From: Bacteroidia bacterium
Lineage (GTDB): Bacteria; Bacteroidota; Bacteroidia; 2-12-FULL-35-15
NCBI GenBank assembly: GCA_020051175.1
Contig: JAGVJJ010000011.1
Location: 80,257-144,256 of the forward strand
Length of the DNA stretch: 64,000 nt
Direction: 5' to 3'
The translations under genes were made by a program, and so were the position numbers. Shown in pieces: positions 34,625 to 43,484 of this stretch. Positions within the stretch are counted from its first letter, which is position 1; each line of letters opens with the position of its first letter. The notes beneath the pieces are model-generated. The model ran no database searches. It was not told the origin of the DNA and saw nothing but the letters and a program-made list of their open reading frames with translations.

Positions 34625-37056
34625 TTTTGCACCGTATGTAATATTTTGTCAATCCGGGTTTGTATATCCTCATTGCTGAATTTTTCCCTTAACGTATCCA
34701 CTAAAATAGGAAAAGAAAACGGTGTAGGCTTTTCAGGACGCGTCACTACTATTCTTTGTTTACTTATGCGTTCAAATGCATTTCGCATGCGGTTTATTTC
34801 CAATTGAAAATCCAGGATTTCATCATAAGATTGCCTCAGCAATAAATTATCCTTTTCCACATCCTCAAACACCCGGAAAAACAATTTTGTAGAAGCTTGT
34901 ATATGTCTTGTTTTCTGCTGCTTTCCGGGATACCCTGTAAATACCAGTCCGGCTATTGTTGCAATATCTCTGAACTTACGGCTTGCGAGTTCAATCGCAT
35001 TCATACTCTTCATTACATCATCGTATAAATATTCGGGTGTAAAAAGGTTATTATCTATGATGCTTTCCACATCAATTTCTTTATCGCTGAGGAGTTCAAA
35101 GCCATAATCATTCATTGCAATAGAAAATGTGAAAGGCTGCAGCAACCCGATTCTATAAGCAAGGATAGCCGCCATTCCTTCATGTACAAAACGGCCTTCA
35201 AACGGATATACAAACAAATGATACCCATAACGGGTTTTATATTGCTCTATCAGCAGTTCATCTATTTCAGGCACATAAGATACCTGGTCCTGCAAAGCCA
35301 GTAATGGTGCCAGCCTCCGTAGCTCTTCATGATGTAAATCATTGCGCTTATAGCTGTCCAGCTCCTGGCGGATACTGCTTGCCAGCTGATACGACAAAGG
35401 CAAACGCCCACCCAGCCAGGAAGGCACTGCACCACCTCCCTTTTTGCTGGAACGTACGCGCGCTTCCATATCTTTGACCATTACCAGTTCCAGGTTCTTG
35501 CCTCCAAACCAGAATACATCTCCCGGCTTTAGCCTTGAAATGAATGCTTCTTCCACAACACCAAGTCGTTTACCACCCATAAATTTAACCTGCATCATAC
35601 TATCACTTACAATAGTTCCGATGCTCAACCGGTGCCGCATGGCAATCGTTCGGTTGGTCACTTTATACACGCCATCCACAAAGACCACTTTATGATACTC
35701 ATCATATACTTTAAGCGCATTGCCGCCATTTACAATAAAATCAAGGCACCAGTCAAACTCTTCACGACTGATACTTCTGAAGCAGTGCGTGCTTTTCACT
35801 TCTGCAAACAGTTGATCTGCTGTAAAACCATCTGAAACGGCAAGTGTTACCATGTATTGTATCAGCACATCAAAGGAACGAACGTAGGGAATACGGTTCT
35901 CTAAAAAGCCATGTTGTATGGCATAGCGGATAGCGCTGCCTTCAATGATCTCAAGTGAGTTGGTAGGAAGAAAATAAATTTTGCTCAATGCACCCGGATG
36001 ATGCCCGCTCCTGCCTGCGCGCTGCATAAACCGTGCTATTCCCTTGGGTGAACCTACCTGTATGACAGTATCCACTGTGTGAAAATCAACGCCTAAATCA
36101 AGGCTGGAAGTACATATCACCGCTTTCAGACGGCCGGTATGCAGATTGTCCTCCACCCACTTTCTTGTTTGGTCACTCAGCGAGCCATGATGCAAAGCGA
36201 TAATACCGGCCAGGTGAGGCGCAGCTTCCAGCAATTTCTGATACCATATTTCTGCCTGTGAGCGCACATTCACAAATACCAGGGTAGTATTACTCTTATC
36301 AATAATTGGAATAATTTTCGGTAACAGCTTAACTCCAAGATGTCCTACCCATGAATACTTTTCCACTACATCGGGATATATCGTCTCAATAAAAATCTGT
36401 TTTTCAATATCCGCTTTAATAGTAACTGCTTCTGCTGTTCGTTCACCCAATAAAATTTCTTTGGCTTCATCCAGGTTACCAATAGTGGCAGAAATGGCCC
36501 ATATCTTAAGATCGGGGTTAATTGCCTTTAAACGGGATATCGCAAGCTCCACCTGTACACCACGTTTACTTCCCATCAGCTCGTGCCATTCGTCAACAAT
36601 AATAAATTCAAGGCCTCTGAAAAATTTTTCGTAGTCTTTTGAAGCCAGCAACAGATGGATGCTCTCCGGTGTGGTTATAAGTGCTTGTGGTGATTTTTTC
36701 CTTTGCCTGGTACGCTCAGCGGTGGTGGTATCGCCCGTGCGCAACGCTATTTTATAATCCAGGTTTAAATCGGTCGACACCTGTTGAGTTGCCAGTAATA
36801 TTTCTTTGGATAACGCACGCAGGGGAGTAATCCAAAGACAATGTAAACCAGAATTAAGCTTCTGCTTTTTTACTCCATGCTTTTTGTAATACTGCTCCAG
36901 TATCCCAAACCATAAGGCAAACGTTTTACCACTTCCTGTGGGCGAATTCAGCAAGCCGCTTTTTCCTTCAGCAATGGCCTTCCAGGTCTCCTTCTGAAAA
37001 GGAAATGGCCTCCATTTCTTTTGTTTGAACCATGTTGCAGCGAGCTTATTACTCAT
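34621..37056 (-). CDS. lhr: Ligase-associated DEXH-box helicase (Lhr-core type)
   Basis: Motifs NSPTGSGKT and IIVDEWHEL; 811 aa. Confidence 0.9.
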   Translation of the reverse strand: MSNKLAATWFKQKKWRPFPFQKETWKAIAEGKSGLLNSPTGSGKTFALWFGILEQYYKKHGVKKQKLNSGLHCLWITPLRALSKEILLATQQVSTDLNLDYKIALRTGDTTTAERTRQRKKSPQALITTPESIHLLLASKDYEKFFRGLEFIIVDEWHELMGSKRGVQVELAISRLKAINPDLKIWAISATIGNLDEAKEILLGERTAEAVTIKADIEKQIFIETIYPDVVEKYSWVGHLGVKLLPKIIPIIDKSNTTLVFVNVRSQAEIWYQKLLEAAPHLAGIIALHHGSLSDQTRKWVEDNLHTGRLKAVICTSSLDLGVDFHTVDTVIQVGSPKGIARFMQRAGRSGHHPGALSKIYFLPTNSLEIIEGSAIRYAIQHGFLENRIPYVRSFDVLIQYMVTLAVSDGFTADQLFAEVKSTHCFRSISREEFDWCLDFIVNGGNALKVYDEYHKVVFVDGVYKVTNRTIAMRHRLSIGTIVSDSMMQVKFMGGKRLGVVEEAFISRLKPGDVFWFGGKNLELVMVKDMEARVRSSKKGGGAVPSWLGGRLPLSYQLASSIRQELDSYKRNDLHHEELRRLAPLLALQDQVSYVPEIDELLIEQYKTRYGYHLFVYPFEGRFVHEGMAAILAYRIGLLQPFTFSIAMNDYGFELLSDKEIDVESIIDNNLFTPEYLYDDVMKSMNAIELASRKFRDIATIAGLVFTGYPGKQQKTRHIQASTKLFFRVFEDVEKDNLLLRQSYDEILDFQLEINRMRNAFERISKQRIVVTRPEKPTPFSFPILVDTLREKFSNEDIQTRIDKILHTVQK

Positions 37057-37133
37057 AAATAAATTATCGTTTGAATGAACCGGGCCTTATCATTTCGAGC
37101 CTGCCGGGAAACGTGCGTAATGAAAACATCAAT

Positions 37134-38723
37134 TCAACTCACTGAATTCAGCAATTGCAACAAATCCTCCTTCGTATTTATCTCCTCTTTATTCTTGTCT
37201 TTCCTCCAGCGCGCAATGCGCGGGAAACGCAGCGCAATGCCGCTCTTATGACGTGGAGAAGCATTGATGCCCTCAAAGGCAATTTCGAATACCAGTTCTG
37301 CCTTTACACTTCGTACAGGACCAAATTTTTCAATGGTATTCTTTTTAATCCATGCATCAACTTCCACCAGCTCTTTATCGGTTAAACCGCTGTAGGCTTT
37401 GGTAAATGGCACCAATTCTCCTTTATCCCAGATTGCAAATGTATAATCCGTATAAAGATTTGCTCTGCGCCCATGCCCTGCCTGTGCATATATCAGCACA
37501 GCATCAACGGTATAAGGGTCCACTTTCCATTTCCACCATTTACCACGTCTGCGGCCGGTTTCATAAATGCTCTCCTTATGCTTCAACATCAACCCTTCAC
37601 AGCCCAGCGTTTTCGATTCATTGCGTAAAACATCCAGCATTTCCCAACTATAGCAATCCAGAACAGGCGATAATTTAAGAACTGAAGTATCGGCTGAATT
37701 TATTACTGTTTCAAGCAGTTTTCTACGTTCGTATAGCGGCATCTGACGGATGTCTTCGCCATTGTGCTCCAGCAAATCATAGCACATCATGCACAAAGGC
37801 ACATCTGCCAGTGTTTTTTTCGATATGTTTTTTCTCCCGATACGTTTTTGCATTTCATTGAACGACAGGATCCTGTTATCCTTAAATGGCAATATTTCAC
37901 CATCAAGCACTGTTCCGTTCGGTAATAAACTCTTCAAAATGTCAAATTCAATGAATTTATCTGTCATCAGCTCTTCTCCCCTGCTCCATACGTGCACCTG
38001 GTTGTTCCGCACAATAATTTGCCCCCGTATGCCATCGTACTTAAGTTCTATCTGCCAATACTGAATATCGTCCAGTTCGCTGAAAGGAATATCCAGCTGG
38101 TATGCCAGATAAAAGGGATAAGGTTTTGACGCATCAAATGAAGCCGTTTCACCCAGCAAGAGCTCCTTCAAATCAAGATTTTGAGAACTTATATCTCCCA
38201 TCAGCTTATGCGCCACCACTCTTTCATCCACATCATATGTTTTGGAAAGTGCCTTAAAAACCAGCTGTTGGGATACGCCCACACGAAAACTCCCCGTAAT
38301 CAGTTTATTAAAAACAAACAATTCCTCCCGTGAAAAGTTATTCCAGAAATTGAACAGCCATTGCTTTTTTTCTTCATCCGGTTTCAGCTGAATTGCAATA
38401 ATCTCATTCATCACCTCAGTCAGGGACTTGTGTGTATTGCTTTCCTGCAAAGGAATAAGCAGGCTGATTGTTTCGGCCAAATCACCAACAACACTGTACG
38501 ACTCCTCAAACAACCAGTAAGGAACCTGTGCAAGCTCTGTGGCCCATAGCTTGAGATCACTTGTACGTACCGGGCGTTTGGGCCTCCTCCCGGTAAGCAA
38601 CGCAAACGCCCAGAAAGCATCCGCAGCGTGGGTATGTGTGAAATACGTTACCATTGCACTTACCTTATCATTGGTCTTAGTGCTTTGATCCAGCTGGCTA
38701 TATAATTCTGTAAACGCTTTCAT
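37134..38723 (-). CDS. ATP-dependent DNA ligase
   Basis: Adenylation motif is ELKYDGIRGQ; 529 aa. Confidence 0.9.
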   Translation of the reverse strand: MKAFTELYSQLDQSTKTNDKVSAMVTYFTHTHAADAFWAFALLTGRRPKRPVRTSDLKLWATELAQVPYWLFEESYSVVGDLAETISLLIPLQESNTHKSLTEVMNEIIAIQLKPDEEKKQWLFNFWNNFSREELFVFNKLITGSFRVGVSQQLVFKALSKTYDVDERVVAHKLMGDISSQNLDLKELLLGETASFDASKPYPFYLAYQLDIPFSELDDIQYWQIELKYDGIRGQIIVRNNQVHVWSRGEELMTDKFIEFDILKSLLPNGTVLDGEILPFKDNRILSFNEMQKRIGRKNISKKTLADVPLCMMCYDLLEHNGEDIRQMPLYERRKLLETVINSADTSVLKLSPVLDCYSWEMLDVLRNESKTLGCEGLMLKHKESIYETGRRRGKWWKWKVDPYTVDAVLIYAQAGHGRRANLYTDYTFAIWDKGELVPFTKAYSGLTDKELVEVDAWIKKNTIEKFGPVRSVKAELVFEIAFEGINASPRHKSGIALRFPRIARWRKDKNKEEINTKEDLLQLLNSVS

Positions 38724-39730
38724 TGTTGTGGAGCCTCCGGTTCCGGTGATTCATTTTCCACACCTTCTCCTTCAAACAAGGTTTCTACTTCTACTGCATT
38801 TATTTTATACCGCTCGCGTAACCAGGCAGCAAATACCGACTTATATCCATGTGTTACATATACATTTTCTGCTCCGGTAGCTTCCACGGCTTCATTCAGT
38901 CCCTTCCAGTCTGCATGGTCACTCATTACAAAACCCTTGTCGGCATTACGTCTTCTGCGCGCACCCCGCAGCTGCATCCAGCCGCTGCAAAAAGCCAGCC
39001 GGTATGGTTCAAACCGTTTAAGCCAGGGGGAACCTACGGCTGTACCGGTAGCAACAACAACACCCGGATTCAGCTGTTCTTTTTTAAATTCCTGTGTAAA
39101 CTTTATGTACCTCGAATTATCAAATCCAAGTGCAGCATTTGTATTATAAATAGTGGAATGTAACAGTATGGGCAAGTCTGTTTCCAGTGCATTCAATATA
39201 CGCTGCGCTTTCCCCAATGCATAACCGATGATAACAGAATTTAATCCCCTTTCGGCATTCTCTTTTACCCAGTCGTTCAGCCGGATTTTTAGTTCATCAC
39301 TTTCCGGAAAATTGTAAATCGGTAAGCCAAACGTTGATTCCGTCACAAAATGCTGGCATTTCAGAGGTTCAAAAGGAATGGTCAATCCGTCTTTTTTTAC
39401 TTTATAATCCCCGGATATGACCCAGACTTCTCCCTGGTATTCCAGGCGTACCTGGGCTGAACCAATTACATGTCCCGCAGGATGCAGGCTGATTCGAACA
39501 CCATTCATCACCACCGTTTCATTGTAAGGCAGGGTTTGTAATGATATCTCGCCCAGGCGGTACCGGAGGATCGATTCTGAATCTGTGTGCGACAAATAGC
39601 TACTGTTGCCAATACGCGCATGGTCAGAATGAGCATGCGTAATAATCGCTTTGCTTACCGGTTTCCAGGGATCAATGTATACATCCGCCTGAGGACAATA
39701 AATACCACGATTTGTAAATTGTATAAGCAT
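38720..39730 (-). CDS. Ligase-associated MBL/beta-CASP exonuclease
   Basis: Motif ITHAHSDH. The gene overlaps the ligase start by 4 nt. Confidence 0.85.
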   Translation of the reverse strand: MLIQFTNRGIYCPQADVYIDPWKPVSKAIITHAHSDHARIGNSSYLSHTDSESILRYRLGEISLQTLPYNETVVMNGVRISLHPAGHVIGSAQVRLEYQGEVWVISGDYKVKKDGLTIPFEPLKCQHFVTESTFGLPIYNFPESDELKIRLNDWVKENAERGLNSVIIGYALGKAQRILNALETDLPILLHSTIYNTNAALGFDNSRYIKFTQEFKKEQLNPGVVVATGTAVGSPWLKRFEPYRLAFCSGWMQLRGARRRRNADKGFVMSDHADWKGLNEAVEATGAENVYVTHGYKSVFAAWLRERYKINAVEVETLFEGEGVENESPEPEAPQQ

Positions 39731-39787
39731 AAACCTCCTGTTCGGATATTTGTTAAAAATGTTTTGCCAAAAGCCTTCTCCCTAGCC

Positions 39788-39803
39788 GTGGAATATATTC
39801 CAC
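39788..39803. promoter_or_regulatory. Perfect 16-bp palindrome GTGGAATATATTCCAC (candidate operator)
   Basis: Read directly from the sequence. It lies in the divergent region between the ligase cluster and the pyrimidine operon. Confidence 0.35.
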
Positions 39804-39920
39804 AACAACTATTCCAGCAACAAACGTCAGCTATTCAAAATCAGGTTAATCTACTATTTTTATATACAAAGAACCCGATTCTACAGACTAACCCTTATTT
39901 GTTACTCACGAATTTAATTA

Positions 39921-39928
39921 TATATTTG
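39921..39928 (+). promoter_or_regulatory. Candidate -7 promoter box (TATATTTG) for the pyrimidine operon
   Basis: Matches TAnnTTTG, 39 nt upstream of the mmsA ATG. Confidence 0.3.
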
Positions 39929-39966
39929 TTAAACAGTCGTATTTAACACATTAAACCAATTTTAAA

Positions 39967-41433
39967 ATGAACTCAGTAGCTCAGTTTCCGGAAGTTAAAA
40001 ATTACATCAATGGCTCATTCGAAAAAAATGGCAATAGCCATATAGATGTATTGTCTCCTTTGGATGGTAAATCTATTTCCAAAGTTCCTATGTCGACATA
40101 CAGTGATTTGGATAAAGCTGTTGCTGCAGCAAAAAAAGCATTTCCTGCATGGTCTGCATTGACACTGAAAGAACGTGTTCAAATATTTTTCAGATACCGT
40201 CAGCTGTTAGAAAAAAACAGGCAGGAATTGGCTGAACTGGTACACATTGAAAATGGAAAAACAATTGAGGAAGCATATGCTGAAGTAGATAAGAGTATTG
40301 AACTGTGTGAGTTTGCAGTTTCCTTGCCTCAGATTGTAAGCAATGAAGTACAGGAAGTAAGCCGTGGAGTTGAATGCAGGATAGAGAAAAAGCCTTTGGG
40401 AGTGGTTGCATCCATCGCACCTTTCAATTTCCCGAACATGGTGCCGCACTGGACCATGCCTAATGCCATCGCTTTAGGAAACACCATGATTTTAAAACCA
40501 TCTGAAATAGTGCCATTAAGTGCAGTACGTATGGCTGAGCTGCTAAAAGAAGCCGGTTTGCCGGATGGCGTGTTTAACGTTGTGAATGGCGGAAAAGAAA
40601 TTGTAGAAGCTATTTGCGATCATCCGGGCATAGAAGCTGTATCGTTTGTAGGTTCTACCAAAGTAGCTAAACTGGTTTATCAGCGTGCTACTCATAACTT
40701 AAAACGATGCGTTGCCCTGGGTGGCGCCAAAAATCACCTGATTGTATTACCGGATGCTCATCTGGAAATGACTGCCTCTAACGTGGTTGCATCCATGAGC
40801 GGTTGTGCCGGACAACGTTGCATGGCCGCAGCAGTAATGGTTGGCGTTGACAAGGTTCAGCACATCATTGATAAAATGTGTGAAGAAGCACGTAAAATTG
40901 TTCCGGGGAAAAACCTCGGTTCCGTCATCAGCAAAGAAGCTAAAGAACGTATTGAACGCTACATCACCGAAGCGGAACAAGCTGGTGCTAAAGTCCTTGT
41001 AGACGGACGAGGAGCTGTTGTTCCTGGCCATGAAAATGGTTTTTACGTTGGGCCTACAGTAATTGACTTTGTAACACCAGATATGAAAATCGCTAAGGAA
41101 GAAGTATTCGGACCGGTTATATCCATTGTAAGGGCCAAAGACCTCAACGAAGCTATTGAAATCGAAAACAGCTCAGCGTATGGCAATGCTGCTGCGGTAT
41201 TTACCCAAAGCGGTGGTTTGGCAAAACAAGTGATAGAGCGCGCAAGTGCTGGAATGATTGGTGTTAATGTTGGCGTACCTGTTCCTCGTGAGCCATTCTC
41301 TTTCGGTGGCTGGAACGAGTCTAAATTTGGCACTTGTGATATTACAGGAAAAAGCTCTATCGAATTTTTTACACAGAATAAAAAAACAACTGTGAAGTGG
41401 AATGCGGAGGCGAAAACGAATTGGATGAGTTAA
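39967..41433 (+). CDS. mmsA: CoA-acylating methylmalonate/malonate-semialdehyde dehydrogenase
   Basis: A 488-aa ALDH with the catalytic-Cys context GCAGQRCMAA. Confidence 0.85.
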   Translation: MNSVAQFPEVKNYINGSFEKNGNSHIDVLSPLDGKSISKVPMSTYSDLDKAVAAAKKAFPAWSALTLKERVQIFFRYRQLLEKNRQELAELVHIENGKTIEEAYAEVDKSIELCEFAVSLPQIVSNEVQEVSRGVECRIEKKPLGVVASIAPFNFPNMVPHWTMPNAIALGNTMILKPSEIVPLSAVRMAELLKEAGLPDGVFNVVNGGKEIVEAICDHPGIEAVSFVGSTKVAKLVYQRATHNLKRCVALGGAKNHLIVLPDAHLEMTASNVVASMSGCAGQRCMAAAVMVGVDKVQHIIDKMCEEARKIVPGKNLGSVISKEAKERIERYITEAEQAGAKVLVDGRGAVVPGHENGFYVGPTVIDFVTPDMKIAKEEVFGPVISIVRAKDLNEAIEIENSSAYGNAAAVFTQSGGLAKQVIERASAGMIGVNVGVPVPREPFSFGGWNESKFGTCDITGKSSIEFFTQNKKTTVKWNAEAKTNWMS

Positions 41434-41474
41434 TTAGTTATTGGTTATCTGTTATTAGTTATCTGTTATTAGTT
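41434..41474. repeat. GTTAT-type heptad array (left arm of a hairpin enclosing the four-helix-bundle gene)
   Basis: Sequence ttagttattggttatctgttattagttatctgttattagtt starts directly after the mmsA stop. Confidence 0.8.
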
Positions 41475-41480
41475 TTATGA

Positions 41481-41918
41481 ATGAGCAGTATAAAATCCTT
41501 TGAAGATTTGGAGTGTTGGAAGGCAGCAAGAGATGTCCGAATTTTTATTTCGAAAATTATAGCAAAACTTCCTCTTCAGGAAAAATACGATTTGATTGAT
41601 AATATGCGAAGAGCATCCCGCTCCTGCACTAGAAATATTGCCGAAGGATTCGGAAGATTCCATTATCAGGAAAACATTCAATTTTGCCGTATTTCAAGGG
41701 GTTCGATGACAGAACTGATTGATGATTTGATAACTTGCACCGATGAAAAATACATTTCCACAGAACAACTTTTAACTGGCAGACAGACGATTCAGAAGGC
41801 GATGGCACTATTAAATGGTTATATTACATATTTAGATAAGGCTAAATCAAGTTATCCTAAAAGTGTTTCAGAACCTGAAACGGACTATAATAGTTCTACT
41901 GACCAAAATAACAGATAA
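41481..41918 (+). CDS. Four-helix-bundle protein (23S rRNA intervening-sequence protein / Avd family)
   Basis: Family hallmarks FEDLECWKAARDV...RSCTRNIAEGFGR...SRGSMTEL are present; 145 aa. Confidence 0.85.
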   Translation: MSSIKSFEDLECWKAARDVRIFISKIIAKLPLQEKYDLIDNMRRASRSCTRNIAEGFGRFHYQENIQFCRISRGSMTELIDDLITCTDEKYISTEQLLTGRQTIQKAMALLNGYITYLDKAKSSYPKSVSEPETDYNSSTDQNNR

Positions 41919-41978
41919 CGGATAACAGATAACAGATAACGGATAACAGATAACGGATAACAGATAACAAATAACGGA
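41907..41978. repeat. ATAAC-type heptad array (right arm), ~10 units of RGATAAC
   Basis: Sequence aaataacagataacggataacagataacagataacggataac... contains the 4HB stop codon and ends 5 nt before the transaminase ATG. Confidence 0.8.
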
Positions 41979-41983
41979 TATAC

Positions 41984-43336
41984 ATGGAAACCAAAATATC
42001 AACTGCAGAACGCGAAGAAATAATTAAAAACAATTTAGAATACACATTGTTCTCCTGGAGCAAACAGGCAGGTTTAAGCCCAATAGCGGTAGAGCGTGCG
42101 GAAGGTGTATATGTTTATGACTATGATGGAAAGCGTTATATTGATTTTTCTTCCCAGTTAATGAATGTAAACATCGGCCATGGTGATAAACGTGTGCGCG
42201 ATGCGGTTGCAAAACAAATGGATGAAGTGAGTTATGTGTATCCGGGTATGGTTACAAAAGCACGTGGGGAGCTCGGAAAAAAATTAGCAGAAATAACACC
42301 GGGCATGAAAAAGGCATTCTTTACGCTTGGTGGTGCTGAAGCTATTGAAAATGCCATTAAAGCTGCCAGAGTTTTTACGGGGCGACACAAAATCATTACG
42401 CAATACCAATCATTTCACGGTGCTTCATATGGGGCATTCTCTGCCGGTGGTGACCCGCGCAGGCATTTGGTAGACGGACAAGCTGCACCGAATTTCATTC
42501 ATGTTGAAAATCCTTATTTCTACCGCTGCCCTTGGAATTCAAAAACATGGGAAGAATGCGCAGACAATTGTGCTGCACACGTAGAACGCGTTATAAAATA
42601 TGAAAACCCGGAAAGCATTGCCGCTATTATATTTGAAGGTGAGTCAGGTTCTTCAGGATGTATAAAATATCCTCCTACTTACTGGAAAAAAATACGCGCC
42701 ATCTGCGATAAGTATGGTATCCTGCTTGTTGCAGATGAAGTAATGAGCGGCTTTGGACGCACCGGAAAAATGTTTGCTTATGAGCATCACGGTGTTCAGG
42801 TGGATATGGTGACTATGGCAAAAGGTTTAACTGCCGGATACCTGCCTTTGGGCGCACTGATGGTATCCGAAAAAATTGCAAAATTCTTTGATGAAAAGCC
42901 ATTACCACTGGGCCTCACCTACTCTGCACATGCAGTAGCCTGTGCTTCCGCACTGGCTGTACTTGACATTTACAAAACTGACAAGTTGGTTGAAAACGCA
43001 GCGGCAATGGGTAAATACATTGACGCACGTGTGGAAGAACTGAAGAAGAAACATCCGTCTATTGGTGATTTCCGAAATACCGGGTTATTAGGCTGTATTG
43101 AGCTTGTAAAAAACCGAGCTACTAAAGAGCCTATGGCACCATGGAACGCAAAACCAGCCGAAATGGAGATAATGAACAAGGTTGCTGCCAAAGTAAAAGA
43201 GCTTGGTATGTTCACTTTCATCCGCTGGAACTGGATCTTCATCGCTCCACCTCTAAACATTACAAAAGCGCAGGTAGATGAGGGCTTGGAAATTATTTCA
43301 AAAGCAATCACCATTGCGGATGAGTATGTTAGTTAG
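41984..43336 (+). CDS. Class-III (omega) aminotransferase, probable beta-alanine/beta-aminoisobutyrate:pyruvate transaminase
   Basis: Motifs VADEVMSGFGRTG and MAKGLTAGYLPLG (PLP-binding Lys). Substrate assignment is from operon context. Confidence 0.8.
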   Translation: METKISTAEREEIIKNNLEYTLFSWSKQAGLSPIAVERAEGVYVYDYDGKRYIDFSSQLMNVNIGHGDKRVRDAVAKQMDEVSYVYPGMVTKARGELGKKLAEITPGMKKAFFTLGGAEAIENAIKAARVFTGRHKIITQYQSFHGASYGAFSAGGDPRRHLVDGQAAPNFIHVENPYFYRCPWNSKTWEECADNCAAHVERVIKYENPESIAAIIFEGESGSSGCIKYPPTYWKKIRAICDKYGILLVADEVMSGFGRTGKMFAYEHHGVQVDMVTMAKGLTAGYLPLGALMVSEKIAKFFDEKPLPLGLTYSAHAVACASALAVLDIYKTDKLVENAAAMGKYIDARVEELKKKHPSIGDFRNTGLLGCIELVKNRATKEPMAPWNAKPAEMEIMNKVAAKVKELGMFTFIRWNWIFIAPPLNITKAQVDEGLEIISKAITIADEYVS

Positions 43337-43484
43337 TTATTAAATTATTCGTTATCTGCTATTTGTTACCAATTAATATCGAATAAATCCAATAGGTAAT
43401 AGACAACAAATAGCTGACAGCGAATAACATTTAACCTGCAATTCAACAATTGAAACAGATAACCGATAACAGATAACGAATAAC
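43328..43484. repeat. Spacer hairpin: GTTAT arm (43328-43370) plus ATAAC arm (43421-43484)
   Basis: A perfect 14-nt complement pairs ttattcgttatctg (43345-43358) with cagataacgaataa (43470-43483). Confidence 0.75.

Noticed and set aside
41481-41918. Four-helix-bundle protein as the Avd subunit of a diversity-generating retroelement.
   Set aside because: I saw no reverse-transcriptase ORF and no template/variable repeat pair nearby. The gene is embedded in a catabolic operon.
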